Source of the DNA: Octopus vulgaris
Taxonomy: Eukaryota
NCBI GenBank assembly: GCA_951406725.2
Contig: OX597836.1
Coordinates: 18,352,001-18,416,000 of the forward strand
DNA: 64,000 nt
Direction: 5' to 3'
The translations under genes and the position numbers were made by a program. Shown piece by piece: positions 25,650 through 40,833 of this stretch; the first letter of the stretch is position 1, and each line of letters begins with the position of its first letter. The notes below the pieces were generated by a model. The model did not search any database, had not been told where the DNA came from, and saw nothing but the letters and a program-made list of their open reading frames with translations.

Positions 25650-26261
25650 GTCTATTGCCGAAATTATGTTTCTGGCATTCAACTTTGAAGCCAATATTTT
25701 TCTCACTCACCGCTGGTATTCTTTCTTTGTTTTTTCTTTCATATCGTTGTGTTTAATTCCATCTGACTCAAGTACTCCCAGATGCTTATAGCCGGAGTGA
25801 AGTTGAATTGCCTTCATCATTTCACCACTTGTCTTCTGTACTGGCAAGCTTTCCTCGTATCATCTTCATCGTAGCATATTTTGAGAGTTCAAACTCCATC
25901 TTGGTATCATTCGAAAAAACTCCGCACAGACTGCATTAGGCTGTCCAGTTCTGCCTCACGTTTTCTGAACAACTTCATGCCATCCATGAATAGCCTGTAG
26001 TTCAGCTTTTCCATTACTGCTTACCAAATCATACCCCAGCTTTCTCTTCTGCAATATTTCACTCAACGGGGTCATTCCCAGCACAGAGTTCAGTGGGGAT
26101 ACGCTGTCTCCACAGGAAGTTTCCTCTTCCTGATTTCACCTCTCCTAATACCTGATTCCCTGCTGTCAATTCCCTTCTCCAAAATTTCATACAGTTCCAT
26201 ATAAGGCATCCCATGTTTTTTGCTACACCATACATTTCCATAGTTTCTGTTATGCAAGAGA

Positions 26262-26262
<1 letters not shown>
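25650..26262 (-). mobile_element. R4/Dong-clade LINE reverse transcriptase remnant
   Basis: Frameshifted translation: MEMYGVAKN…MKFWRRELTAGNQVLGEVK…GDSVSPL…MTPLSEIL…LFMDD.KLF…FSNDTKMEF…GYKHLGVLESDGIKHNDMKEK.KKEY…VRKILASKLNARNIISAI. Abuts a (TAT)n array. Confidence 0.85.
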
Positions 26263-26264
<2 letters not shown>

Positions 26265-26356
<92 letters not shown>

Positions 26357-26569
26357 GATATTATTATTATTATTATTATTGCTATTATTATTATTATTAT
26401 TATCATCATTATAATTATTATTATCATTATTATTATTATTATTATCGTTATTATCATTATTATTATTATTATTATTAGTATTAGTATTATTATTATCATT
26501 ATTATTATTATTATTATTATTATATTATTATTATCATTATTATTATTATTATCATCATTATTATTAATA

Positions 26570-26607
<38 letters not shown>

Positions 26608-26734
26608 ATTATTATTACTATTACTATTATTATTATTATTATTATTATTATCACCAATATTATTATTATCATTATTATTATTATTATTATTATTATTGCT
26701 ATTATTATTATTATTATTATTATTACTATTATTA

Positions 26735-26765
<31 letters not shown>

Positions 26766-26767
26766 CA

Positions 26768-26798
<31 letters not shown>

Positions 26799-27060
26799 TA
26801 TTATAATTACTATTATTATTGTCATTATTATTATTATTATTATTATAATTATTATTATTATTATCATTATTATTATTATTATTATTATTATTGTTGTTGT
26901 TGTTGTTGTTGTTATTATTATTATTATTATTGTTGTTGTTGTTGTTGTTGTTGTTGTTATCATCATCTTCATCATCATCATCATCACCACCACCAATATT
27001 ATTATCGTTATTATTATTATTACTATTATCATTATTATTATTATTATTATTATTATTACT
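26265..27060. repeat. ~800-bp (TAT)n array with CAT/TGT variants
   Basis: Direct reading. Confidence 0.97.
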
Positions 27061-27516
27061 TAATATATTATTAGCATTATTGTTGTTACTGCTATTCTTA
27101 TTTGCCCTGAAAACCATTATCATAATGATCATGATAATGATGAAGGCAGTGGTGATGAAGAAGATCAGGATAGCGATGATAAGCAGGAGGAGGAGGCGAA
27201 AAATAGCAACATTATAATGGCAAACTTGTCTCTAATCTATTTTTAAAATGCATTTCCTATAGACCACAATATTCAAAAATCGAAAAGAAAAGCGATATAT
27301 TTATGTGTGCGTAGATTCATGTATGTGTGTGTATATATATATATACATATATATGTATATATGTATTCATATACATATGTGTGTATATGCATCTATGTAG
27401 CTATTTGTAAACACACATACACACGCACCCATATATATATACGTGTATGTATGTGCGTATATGCGTGTGTGGGTGGGTGTGCGCGCGCCTGTGTGTGTGT
27501 ACACACACACACACAC

Positions 27517-27575
<59 letters not shown>

Positions 27576-27759
27576 TATGTGGGCACATACATATGTATGT
27601 GTATGTGGCAAATTTTTCTGGAGGAAAACCCAGAAAAAATCAGTATGAGAGATAAGATTTATAATTATATGATAAATTATTAAAAACATACTATACACAT
27701 GCGCACACATATATGAATGTGTGAATATATATGTATATATACATACATACGTACATGCC

Positions 27760-27818
<59 letters not shown>

Positions 27819-28243
27819 GTATGTGTGTAAATTTAGGGAGTGCATGTATCTACATATAATTGATATTTACAACATGTTATATACATATAATGAAAATATA
27901 CATTCAAATATATACGCATATATATAAAATATGTGTGTGGCATATTTACACACATTTATAACTTAATATATATCAAATATACTATATGCACTTTATAATT
28001 TGAATAGATATAATGCATATACATTAGTTCATAGATACCATATACATATATATATATATATATAAATGCATATACATATGTCTGTAGGAGAGAGAGAGAG
28101 AGTGTGTGTGTGTGTGTGTGTATATATATTCATTAATATATGCATGTATGTGTCTAATTGTATTGTGCATATGAATATAGAAATAAATATCATACATCTA
28201 TGATACACACACACACATATATATATATATATGTATGCATATA

Positions 28244-28424
<181 letters not shown>

Positions 28425-28869
28425 CAAATTCAGAAACAAACACTTGCAAACATGCAAATATATTTTTAAAAAAGGCACCATATCCATTTTATGCAATATT
28501 TTTAATTAATTCTCCAAAAACTCCATGGAAATCCTCTCACCACACCATTTCTTCTAATTCAGCAGATTCTTATAGGAATTCTCTGTAGATTCCAAAATGC
28601 GATTTCTACCTCCTCTGTCTTGTAATCTGTCTTGATATCCTGGAAGTAGTGCCAACATGGAAAATGTCGTGTGCCGCAGAGTTTGCGCTATGATATTCTT
28701 AACACCTCCGGGGAAATGCAGCATCGTCACTCTTTCTTGGTTAATCTCCATCGTTGTGTTCTCACATCTCACCAAAAAATATGAAAACTGTTTAAAATCT
28801 CCGATGAAAGATGCGTCGATTTATAATCTTAAAACTCTTGTATGATTATCTGTATAACTGTCTATTTAT

Positions 28870-29402
<533 letters not shown>

Positions 29403-29452
29403 ATCCTTCAATTTATCTTGCTACAAAGATGTGCATATGCATACATATACTG

Positions 29453-29700
29453 AAGGCGTGTGATTTAGTGGTTAGGGTGTTGGACTCCTGATCGTAAGAT
29501 TGTGGGTTCGATTCCTGGACAGGGCGAGGCGATGTGTTCTTCAGCAAAGTATTTCATTTCAAGTTGCTCCAGTCCACCCAACTGGTAAAAATAAGTAAAT
29601 CTGCAACGGACCAGCGTCCCGTCCAGGTGGGCAATATATACACCGGAAAACCGCCCCTTATGAGTCGGCCTGATTCGAAAAGGTAACTTTACCTTTACCT
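29453..29700 (+). mobile_element. tRNA-headed SINE with CORE-like and V-like segments, (TTTACC)n tail
   Basis: A/B boxes (TGATTTAGTGG; GGTTCGATTCC) and CTGCAACGGACCAGCGTCCCGTCCAGG. An older relative lies at ~24178-24420. Confidence 0.8.
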
Positions 29701-29719
29701 TTTATACATATACTCTATA

Positions 29720-29930
29720 CATACAGTTAATCCAAATAAACTAGCACAAAAAAAACACAACAACGCGAGGACGTGGAACAAATATAGTATTATTGGACGT
29801 TCAGAAAAGAAGGAGGGTTTAACGTTTCGAGCGGAGCTCTTCCTCGGAAACAAAGGAGAAGGAAAGATCCAGAGAAGGGAAGACAGAGGAAAAAAAATCG
29901 CCAACGGTACACACGCGGTCACATTTTTAC
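29720..29930 (-). mobile_element. Short PLE-type terminus family D with variant hammerhead (29817-29851)
   Basis: guuu-CCGAGGA-A-GAGC(UCC)GCUC-GAAAC-GUU-aaac. Confidence 0.65.
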
Positions 29931-30428
29931 ACACATATATGTATGTATATATGTATATTAAATTTAATGAAGTCCGAGTACAAGTTGTAGATATTTTGAT
30001 ACACACTATGTGAGTACAAAATTATTAAATTTATATAAACTGGGTGCGGTATTCATATGTGTGCGTATCTTCGTGTATATATCTATATATACATGCATAA
30101 AGTTATGTCTGTGTATATATGATTCGACCCACGTATGTATACATACATATCTTTATGTGTTTTGAAAAGTCTGTTTGCATACCTTATTTATTTATCAGTC
30201 TATCTGGCCATCCGTCTTGCTGTCCAGTTATCTGCCTGTCTGTTCCACTAGGCTTCGAAATGACCTTTAAATTCATTTCATGTAGCAAGTCCCCAAATCC
30301 CTCATACATTAATTCATTGTGCTCTACCTTAAGTCACGATTCTCTTTCATCAATCTCTCGTTCCGTGACGTTTTTATTAACTAACTCTGCCATGCTCATG
30401 CGTTAATCTGTGAAGCATTAATATATAC

Positions 30429-30482
<54 letters not shown>

Positions 30483-30484
30483 TA

Positions 30485-30585
30485 TTTATATAAAATATGA
30501 ATTAGAAATAAAACCACTATTATGCAACTCAAACAGTGGTAGACATAAACCAATACAAAAATAAATAATATATATAATTAATATA

Positions 30586-30634
<49 letters not shown>

Positions 30635-30810
30635 TATATTTATTTTTTTTCTAAAACGTTTAAAATGAATGATAAATATAATATAATAAGTAAAATAATA
30701 GTCGTTTTATCTCTAATTCATATTTTATATATTTATACTGTGAAATTTGATTTGATACTAAATTGAATTTTTCTCTTTAAGTTTGGAGTTATACTCTCTA
30801 ATATTATTAT
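30485..30810. mobile_element. Degenerate fold-back element related to 3850-4234
   Basis: TATAAAATATGAATTAGAAATAAAACCACTATTAT (~30488-30522) is inverted at ~30696-30731 and resembles the outer arms at 3932/4234. Confidence 0.55.
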
Positions 30811-30851
<41 letters not shown>

Positions 30852-30854
<3 letters not shown>

Positions 30855-31575
30855 GTGGTCTGATCAATAAGTATCTGGACTGTTGTCATAGTAACGAAGT
30901 TATAACACGCAGCATGCAGAGAGAAGCCGGTTGGTACAGATTGACATTGAACTCTGCTGTGAAGGTGCATTAAGTTTCAACGTTCTAGCTCAAATCCGCT
31001 ATCGACAGCAGTGCTTGGAAGGAAGGTATGTAGCGTGTGATCGTCACAATGACCATGGCAGAAAGTTGAGCAGAGAATCTGCATCAACATTTTGTCAAAA
31101 GCTTGGCGATACCTGCTCAGACTTTTCATCGTTTTCGACACAATCAAGGAGAATTTGTACAACTGAAATCCGAGTGTCTTTTGGTCAGCTGAAAGCAGTT
31201 TTGGCACAAACTTAGCAGACACGTGTCTCATACGCAAACCTTCAGTGATAATAAACTGAACTGAACCGTATCTAATCTGCACATTCTCTGATAACTCACT
31301 GATGGTGATTTGTGATTTGATGATGTCCCCTCACAGCTATACGCATATCTGCAATCTTTTTCTCAGTTCTGCTGGTTGTAGGTCTCCAAGAACTTTCGTC
31401 AATATCGACATTTTTCGGCTATCTTGGAAACGTCTGAACCACTCGTACACTTGTGTGCGATTCATACACTTCTCTCCATAAACTTTCTGCAAATTTGCGC
31501 AGGCCCCTGAACAGATATCACCACGACAACTTACACTATCATGGTCAATGTGACAATCACACGCTACACACTTCT
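30852..31575. mobile_element. Two convergent mariner (DD34D) 5' fragments
   Basis: Plus: TA|CGTGGTCTGATCAATAAGTATC TIR and EQRICI.FCQKLG. Minus: LQKVYGEKCMNRTQVYEWFRRFQ…RP.TSRT…TISELSE…MRHVSAKFVPKLLSADQK (WVPxxL linker). Confidence 0.85.
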
Positions 31576-31679
31576 CTGCGTTGGTGATGGTTTTGCTGGT
31601 GTGTTGATAGCGAAAAGTTTTGTTTTTTTATTAAACTACATGTATAATATTATTATTCCATCTATCTAAATAGGTGTCT

Positions 31680-31910
31680 TGTAAATGATGTCCTATCTGA
31701 ATCTCAATGTGGCTTCCGATCTGGTAGAGGGACAATGGATATGATTTTCAAAGCAAGACAGATGCAGGAGTGCTATGAGCAGAATATGGGTCTTGTCCAG
31801 GTATTCATTGATTTAACAAAGGTCTTTGACACTTTGAATAGGGCCTTGCTATGGAAAATACTTGGAAAACTTAGATATCCTGATCACTTTGTATCTATAA
31901 TTAAATCATA
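31680..31910 (+). mobile_element. RTE (BovB-like) LINE RT fragment
   Basis: VLSESQCGFRSGRGTMDMIFKARQMQE.YEQNMGLVQVFIDLTKVFDTLNRALLWKILGKLRYP. Confidence 0.9.
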
Positions 31911-32036
31911 TATGTATGTATATATATATATATACACAAAGTAAGAGGGTTTAGTTCACAGGTAGTCTAAACTACTAGGTACGCTAGGTAAGTGCTTATG
32001 TATGTATGTATGTATGTATGTATGTATGTATGTATG

Positions 32037-32189
<153 letters not shown>

Positions 32190-32199
32190 TGTTGTGTGC

Positions 32200-33525
32200 A
32201 CATCCTTTGTTCTTCCTCTACTTGGCAAGTGGTTTTGGTTTCTTTACTTTTCCCATACCTGATCATAAACAAGATTGAATAAGTACCTAACATAGAAAAA
32301 TAGTACTGTTTATGTGCCATATGCCACGCTGAACAACAAGTTTCTGATGTTACTTGCGTAGTTTATGACAGTGATGACAAATGTGTTTATTCTTATTGTT
32401 TAGTTATTAATATTTCTCTGACTCTTCTGTAATTTTTATAATTCCTTCCGTTATGTCTCCGTGTTCTGTCTTATCAGTTTCCTTTATTCCTGTATTTGAT
32501 TCTAGTCTACCTTTATGATTTCAATATCAAAATCTAATTTATCGTTCGCAGTTTTAATTCATACGACTCTTGTCTGAGTAGCTTTATTATGTTTGCTTAA
32601 TACTGTCTTTATTTTTTGTGTCTCACTTGAATTTCTGTAAATATTTTGAATAGATTCTCCCGTCTAAGAATGGTTCTGTTTATATACATGTACACCAGTC
32701 CTCTAAAGATGATTTATGATATGACCATAGCAGTGCCAATAATAGTTTCATTCAGCGGATTTGTTGAATTCCTTTTCTTACGTGAATAAGCACGAGTTTA
32801 ATAATCTTCTTCTTGCCATTGCAATTATTGTTTCTTGTCTTTTCTAATTCCATTTCGACATAGCATGCTTCATATACGGTCTTACTAATAGGGCTACTTT
32901 ATTGATAAACGTTGTATCGAATATTGAACAGCGTAGTCTGCTATCGAATGCTTTACAGTAATCAATCCATGTCATGCCAAACATATTATTTTCGTTCTTG
33001 TTTTTGCTGTCGTTAATAATTGCTCGCTTGAATTGTAGCTGCTCTTTACAACCATAATTCCTCGCTCAACATCGATGCTTTGGTTCTGCTAAAATGGTAT
33101 TTCTTTCCAGATGAGCAATCAGCCAGTTATAGAACACACACTAAACCAATTTGTATGTTATTTGCATACAATTTATAGGTTTGTCGTTTTGGGTGCTTCT
33201 TGTGTTCTTCATTTGGCAATCAATATTGTTTCCCCTCCAGTAACCACCTTTTCTGTTAATTATGGCCTGTTTATTAATTCATTGAATGCTGTTCCAACAA
33301 ATTAATGAAATCTGGTTAGGTATTTCAATCAGAAATTGGGGTCCTTTGTCAACTCTAAAATCTCTCCCAGCTGTTTCCCTGCTTTGCAGTATTGTTAAAT
33401 TCCTCGCTGTTTATGTCGAGTGATGCTTGCAATGTTATTACATTTTCTTATACTTTTGTCTTTTAATCCATTCTACCTGGATTTTCTTCAACTTCTGTTG
33501 ATGTTTGTGTTAAGTCAGTTTTAAG
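32200..33525 (-). mobile_element. Highly degenerate R4/Dong-clade LINE remnant
   Basis: Minus-strand pieces KYLTRFH, GETILIAK, KPINCMQITYKL, CKEQLQFKRAIINDSK, MTWIDYCKAFDS. Confidence 0.75.
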
Positions 33526-33659
33526 ATTTTTGTTGTTGTTGATGTTGTTGTTGTTGTTTTCCCTACTGTGTGTCAAGAAAAGTGATGAAACGAATCTTAG
33601 GTGCATACATAGAGCCCAACCCTGCATACGGTTATGTGACCCGGAATCTCTAGAGCGAA

Positions 33660-33900
33660 GTGCAAAAAATTATCAATGCTGCAGAGATGTGGTTCCTTAG
33701 AAGATCGGTGAAGGTGTTCTTTGCAGATAGAGTGACAAAGAGGGACTTAGCTGACCAAAGATCACAAGAAAAATTCTTAACAAAATGAGCCAATAATTGG
33801 ATGCCATTGGACATCATATGAGAAAACAAAGTCTTGAGAGTTATGTGACACCTGAGAAAACTGAAGGAGGGGAAATGCGATAGACACAGCGAGACAGAAT
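33660..33900 (+). mobile_element. RTE-like LINE C-terminal fragment
   Basis: INAAEMWFLRRSVKVFFADRVT resembles AAEMWFLRRML.ISW.DRVTN. Confidence 0.6.
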
Positions 33901-33947
33901 ACTCCATTTACACTTCAAAATCTTCTAAGTAATCTTCATAGACCTTC

Positions 33948-34025
<78 letters not shown>

Positions 34026-34209
34026 AAGTAAATAAATGGCACAACGAAGCACCGATATTTACTGGAAAATAGCGAACGTAATAAATACGAATTTGTGCCA
34101 TTTATTTACTTTTATATGTATAATTTTACCCTTACGGGCTATCCTTTACTGGAAAGCAATACTCTCGTATTGCATTACTATTTTCATATATATATATATA
34201 TATATATAT

Positions 34210-34846
34210 ATTCTTTTATTCTTTTACTCTTTTATGTTTTTCAATCATTTGACAGCGCCCACGCTGGAACACCGCCTTTAGTCGAACAAATCGACTGCAT
34301 TCTTTGTGAGCCAATTACTTATTCTATCAGTCAATTTTGTCAAACCGCTAAGTTACGGGGACGTAGACACGCCAACATCGGTTAAGCGATGATAGGGGAA
34401 AACACACACACATACACACTCACACATATATATACGACGGGCTTCTTTCAGTTTCCGTCTACCAAATCCACTCATAAGGCTTTGGTCGGCCCGAGGCTAT
34501 GGTAGAAGAGACTTGCCCAAGGTACCACGCGTGTATGTATGTATGTATGTATGTATGTATGTATGTATGTATGTATGTATGTATGTATGCCTGCATGTAT
34601 GTTTGTGCGTTTGTATACTCTCTCTTTACTCTCTACTCTTTTACTTGTTTCAGTCATTTGACTGTGGCCATGCTGGAGCACCACCTTTAGTCGAGCAAAT
34701 CGACTCCGGGACTTATTCTTTTGTAAGCCCAGTACTTATTCTATCGGTCTCTTTTGCCGAACCGCTAAGTGACGGGGAGGTAAACATACCAGCATCGGTT
34801 GTCAAGCAATCCTAGGGGGACAAACACAGACACACAAACACACACA

Positions 34847-34889
<43 letters not shown>

Positions 34890-35052
34890 GACAGGCTTCT
34901 TTCAGTTTCCATCTACCAAATCCACTCACAAGGCATTGGTCGGCCCGGGGATATAGCAGAAGACACTTGCCCAAGATTCCACGCAGTGGGACTGAACCCA
35001 GAACCATGTGGTTGGTTAGTAAGCTACTTACCACACAGCCACTCCTGCGCCC
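34210..35052 (-). mobile_element. Two tandem SINE family A copies (34210-34530; 34617-35052)
   Basis: Homology to 1741-2164. Confidence 0.9.
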
Positions 35053-35623
35053 ATGTAAGTATGTATGTATGTATATATGTATGTACATACATATATACCA
35101 ACAGCTTCTATAGTTTCTCACGACCAAATCCACTCACAAGGCGTAGGTCGGGTTAGGGCCGTTATTTCTATCCGTTCTTTGTCTTAGATTTGGTCACTGA
35201 AAAGGTAGCCGTATCTCTATCAGGATCTACTTCTATTCGCCTCTGCACTAACTAGCTTAATAGATTAGCTCTCACAGCCACTTACCATTCAGCTTCGTTC
35301 CCATAGAGACCATATACTGTACAACGATCGTATCGTTTCTCTTGCCAACATGTTTGTTTGTAGCTTGACCACAGAATTTCCTTAATCCTTGTTTATTGAT
35401 TTCATAATAGTCAATTCTTCTGTCATTTTCTATATTGTCTATCGTAAATTTTCATTAAAGGCGACGGAGTGGGTGTCTGATTAAGAGGCTTGCACCCAAA
35501 ACATGTGGTCTTGGATTCAGTCTCACTGCGTGGTATCTTGGACAAATTTCTTACGTTATAGCCTCGAGCTGACCAAAGCCTTGTGAGTGAATTTTGTACG
35601 CTAAAGCTGAAAAAAGCCCGTTG

Positions 35624-35655
<32 letters not shown>

Positions 35656-36354
35656 TGTATGTATGTATGTATGTATGTATGTATATATATTTTATTTGTT
35701 TCAGTCATTTGACTGGGGCCATACTGGAGCACCGCCTTTAGTTGAGTTAGATGGTAAATGTTTTTATTTTTCACTCCCTTCGAAATTTTATCCCTAATAG
35801 TGGTTTGGAATTTAACTGTCCTCTCTAGCGTGCAAGGAGTCCTATGATGGATGCTTCTTAATGTGTTTAAATGTACACTGTATTTATATGAATAATATAT
35901 AGTCTATTGATTAAATGTTTACACGTTAGGCCACTGGTAATGGAAATTTCTAATATTTCTGATTACCCTTGATATTATATGTGTGTGTACGTGTGTGTGT
36001 GAGTGTGTGTATGTGTGTGTGTGTTTGTGTGGGTATGGGTGTGCTTATGTATGTTTATGAATTTACTGATGTAAATTGGCGTAGATATGAGACGTTATAT
36101 AAGTATGTGATTTAAGTTATAAAAACCAAGTTCAATAATTGCTATGATATTTTTAGTAAATGGAGATACTTAGATGTTAATATGGAATACGATATATTTT
36201 ATTCACTTCGCTATACGATCGTTTCGTACCGACGAGTTTTGTATACGACGAGTTTCATTCAGTTTCTCTCTACCAAAGCCAATCACAAGTCTTCTGTGTG
36301 CCCGGAGCTGTTGTAGAAGACACCTGCCCAAGGTTCCCCGCAGTGAGAGTAAAC

Positions 36355-36495
36355 CTATTTCTTTATTACCCACTAGGGGCTAAACACAGAGGGGACAAAC
36401 AAGGACAGACATAGGTATTAAGTCGATTACATCGACTCCAGTGCGTAACTGGTACTTAATTTATCGACCCCGAAAGGATGAAAGGCAAAGTCGAC
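36355..36495 (-). mobile_element. 5'-truncated SINE family B nested at the B box of a family A copy (36245-36545)
   Basis: Family A sequence stops at …GAGAGTAAACC and resumes at ACCGAGGACTATGTGG. Confidence 0.85.
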
Positions 36496-36990
36496 CACCG
36501 AGGACTATGTGGTTGCGAAGCAAACTTCTTACCACCCAGTTATGTCCATGATATTTTCCTTTTTACAAATTATACTTCATATTATATAAGCTTCAATGGT
36601 TTCTTTTTTATAAACATTATTTTATGGAGCGCGTCGCTCCAGTGACAATTATAACAGCCCTTTCCAGCTTCTGATTTCCAAACTCGTCCCTCATCTTCCA
36701 TGAAATCCAAGTCTTCGTAAATATTTATTCAAATTGAAAACCGTGCGAGAACTTCAAAGAAACGTGTTCTGTACATTTCCTAAAATTGGAATGGTGCACT
36801 TTGAACCATAGCAATGTGAGGTTCCATGAAAAGAAATATCACCATCGAGATCATCGTATTTTAAATAGACATGAGTCGTGTTTTAAATGGACATCACTCT
36901 ATACATTACAGAAATTAGTAAGAACACCATACCCATGTAATTCTATAGTCTCCCTTTTTTATTTAGTTATTATCACTTTTTCCTTATTGT

Positions 36991-37068
36991 GCTACTGATG
37001 AGTACTTTTTGACAGCTCAGATTCTCAAAATGAATCCATTGGTTTTCGGTACGAAACGATCGTACAGC
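36991..37068 (+). ncRNA. Type-I hammerhead motif with long stem-II loop
   Basis: gcua-CUGAUGA-GUAC…GUAC-GAAAC-GAUC-GUA-cagc with palindromic stem III ACGAUCGU. The inverted partial copy at ~36208-36232 has 'uagc', which restores stem I. Confidence 0.75.
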
Positions 37069-37711
37069 GAAATGAATAAAATATATTTTATTTCATATTA
37101 ACATCTCAGCTCCTCCATTTACGAAAAAGCCGTTAGATTCTCTTCGATATTTAAATTTAATTTGTTATTGGAGTCATGTCTACTTAAAACACGACTCGTA
37201 TTTTAAATATACATCCCATCTCACCTCCACCCCGTCCCTTTGATATACAGCCTCAATTGTAACATCTATGGAAAATCGTGCGAGAACTTCAAAGAAACGT
37301 GTTCTGTACATTTCCTAAAATTGGAAATGGTGTACTTTGAACCGTGGCAATGTGAGGTTCCATGAAAGGAAATATCACCATCGGGATCATTAGTGCCTCC
37401 CACCGCTGATTCCCCTATGGTAGCTATGGTGTTAAAAGAACGTCTACAAAATTATCCTGTGGCATTATTCCATCGTCTTCCTTTACCAATATCGAATTGA
37501 GGACTCTTAAGCCAGACATCAAACAAGCGGTTCGCACAAAAATCCAAGAAGCAGAAAATTCCTGTCCTACTTTCACGTATACGAAAGGAAGCCGATGTGT
37601 TCTTTGATATTTCCTCCACCATCCCCACTCTGCTTCCGTACTTCCATAGATGTCACACAATTGAGGCTGTATATCAAAGATGAATAGTCCAATACGTATT
37701 AGCAGATAACG

Positions 37712-37825
37712 ACTTACCTGTATTCGTCTTCTTTTTCATCGGATTTTATTCGTATTTTTTTCTATTTGATAAAGTATATTTCGGCCGTCCGGTGACCAAT
37801 CAAATATCACAAATGCATTATGGGA
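37712..37825 (-). promoter_or_regulatory. Candidate promoter and first-exon donor
   Basis: Staf/ZNF143-like TCCCATAATGCA (37814-37825, minus), GACCAATCA box (CCAAT 37796-37800) and CAG|GTAAGT donor at 37718/37717. Confidence 0.3.
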
Positions 37826-38151
37826 TATTGATTTATTGTGTATGAAACGTTCCGATTGCAATCTCCTTCTCAATCTGGACTATACATTCTATATATTATT
37901 TCTTGTTTGTTCTGGATATAATCACAATACTATTTATTACAGGGAGAGAGCTGTTTATCCGCAGGTACAGAGAGGATTTTTCATTGTCCACAAGTATTGA
38001 ATATCCGTGAATAAATGAATGAATGAATGAATCCGCTAACTCACATCATCGCATGTAAATATACAGATGTATGCATTATACAGTGTGTACCTATATTCAC
38101 TAGGTATATATCTACATACATATTCATTAAATACAGACACAATCACATATA

Positions 38152-38210
<59 letters not shown>

Positions 38211-38303
38211 AGAGAGAGAGAGAGAGCGAGAAAGGGAGAGAGAGTCAGACTGATATATATATATATATATATATATAGATAGATAGATAGATTGATAGAT
38301 AGT

Positions 38304-38339
<36 letters not shown>

Positions 38340-38344
38340 CAGAC

Positions 38345-38413
<69 letters not shown>

Positions 38414-38431
38414 TAGATAGATAGATAGATT

Positions 38432-38499
<68 letters not shown>

Positions 38500-38632
38500 C
38501 ACATGCATGCGTATATATATATTCATTGATACATGGATAGACATACGTTGATAAACACGGAGTAACAGAGATATTAGTAGCTATAAATATACCTGCCAAT
38601 GCGCATACATTTACATATGCATAGATACAAAC

Positions 38633-38666
<34 letters not shown>

Positions 38667-38785
38667 AGACATACATATAGATAAGCATATGTACGTGTAT
38701 GTTAAAGAGAGTGATTATGTGTATATCAGAGAAATGTAAAAGATATTAAGACATTAGGTGCCTGTTATATAATATATATTTATAT

Positions 38786-38834
<49 letters not shown>

Positions 38835-39225
38835 TGTATATAGAGGTATATGTATGTTTTTTCATGTATATGTATGTGTATAAATATATATATATATATA
38901 TACATGTAAATATGTCTGAATATATATACGTGTGTGTGTGTGTGTGTGTGTGTATAAATACGTACATATGTGTATTTCTGCACAATAGCTTTCTAATATA
39001 TTTTAGTCACGAAGATATAACGAATGAGACAATAAGTGTGTTCAATTGTATATCCATGTGTGTATGTGTGTATGCGTGTGTGTGCGCGTGTGTGTGTGCG
39101 CGTGTGTGTGTGCGGGTGTGCATACAATTTCATATAAATACGCACATAATAATGTATATATTTATTTATTGTGTGAGTAAGCATGTATACATAAAATATA
39201 CATACATATAGATAGATAAATAGAT

Positions 39226-39346
<121 letters not shown>

Positions 39347-39375
39347 AAGAGAGAGACAGACAGACAGACAGATAG

Positions 39376-39447
<72 letters not shown>

Positions 39448-39448
39448 T

Positions 39449-39479
<31 letters not shown>

Positions 39480-39718
39480 TAGATTGATAGACGAAACTTA
39501 ATCGTTAGACTAAAAGAGAAACATTTCAAAGGAACCCTGTGCTATTTACTTGCACAATAAATAGGTTTTATCCCCAGATTTCTCACGAAATGCAACTTGT
39601 TTCGGCTATTAAAATCTCTCTTCTGAGAGATGTAATAGACATTAAGACATTAAGAAACTGTTACATATGTATATATATATATATATATAATGTACACATA
39701 CATATTAATATACATATG

Positions 39719-39767
<49 letters not shown>

Positions 39768-39894
39768 ATGCATGTATATCTACATGTATGTATGTCTATA
39801 TATAGATTTATACACACATATATACATGTGTATATATGAGTGTATATATTTACATATATTTACATATATATACATACATACATACATACATACT

Positions 39895-39952
<58 letters not shown>

Positions 39953-40390
39953 CAGGCATACCAGTGGTTCTAACAGAAACACAAAATCAGAAATATGAAA
40001 AAAGAAAAAAAAATACAGCGGAAAAAAAATCTACGAACGATATCGGAAAATTTCTATATATGGCAATATGGCGTTACGTGTAATGTTTTACTTTTCTTGG
40101 ATCTATTGGGAGATAATACGTGGATTTAAATAAATAAATGCTAAAATAACGCCGGTAGAAATAGAGGTCTTTGAAAATAACCAGCTCAATTACTGTAAAA
40201 TTTAAATTGGACCAGGCGTGTGTGAAAGATAAGGTTATAATTGCAATGATACATCTTTGAGCTTTAAGACGATAAGAAATTACTTGTTTGTAAAAAAAAG
40301 AAGTAAGTATTAACGAAGGATCAAAAAGCTATTTACAATACGTTCGTGTAGATGTGTGTGTATGTGTATGTATATATATATATATATATA

Positions 40391-40607
40391 TACTCTTTTA
40401 CTCTTTGACTCTTTTACTTGTTTCAGTCATTTGACTGCGGCCATGCTGGAGCACCGCCTTTAGTCGACCAAATCGACATCAGGACTTAGTCTTTTGTAAG
40501 CCCAGTACTTATTCTATCGGTCTCTTTTGCCGAACCGCTAAGTAACGGGGACGTAAACACACCAGCATCGGTTGTCAAGCAATGCTAGGGGGACAGACAC
40601 ACAAACA

Positions 40608-40669
<62 letters not shown>

Positions 40670-40833
40670 CGACAGGCTTCTTTCAGTTTCCGTCTACCAA
40701 ATCCACTCACAAGGCATTGGACGGCCCGGGGCTATAGCAGAAGACACTTGCCCAAGATGCCACGCAGTGGGACTGAACCCGGAACCATGTGGTTGGTTAG
40801 CAAGCTACTTACCACACAGCCACTCCTGCGCCT
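40391..40833 (-). mobile_element. SINE family A
   Basis: Full-length homology with (TA)n flanks. Confidence 0.92.

Noticed and set aside
37424-37660. ORF with YGSTE motif resembling adenylate-forming enzymes
   Set aside because: The following sequence shows no other family motifs, so a five-residue match is likely chance.
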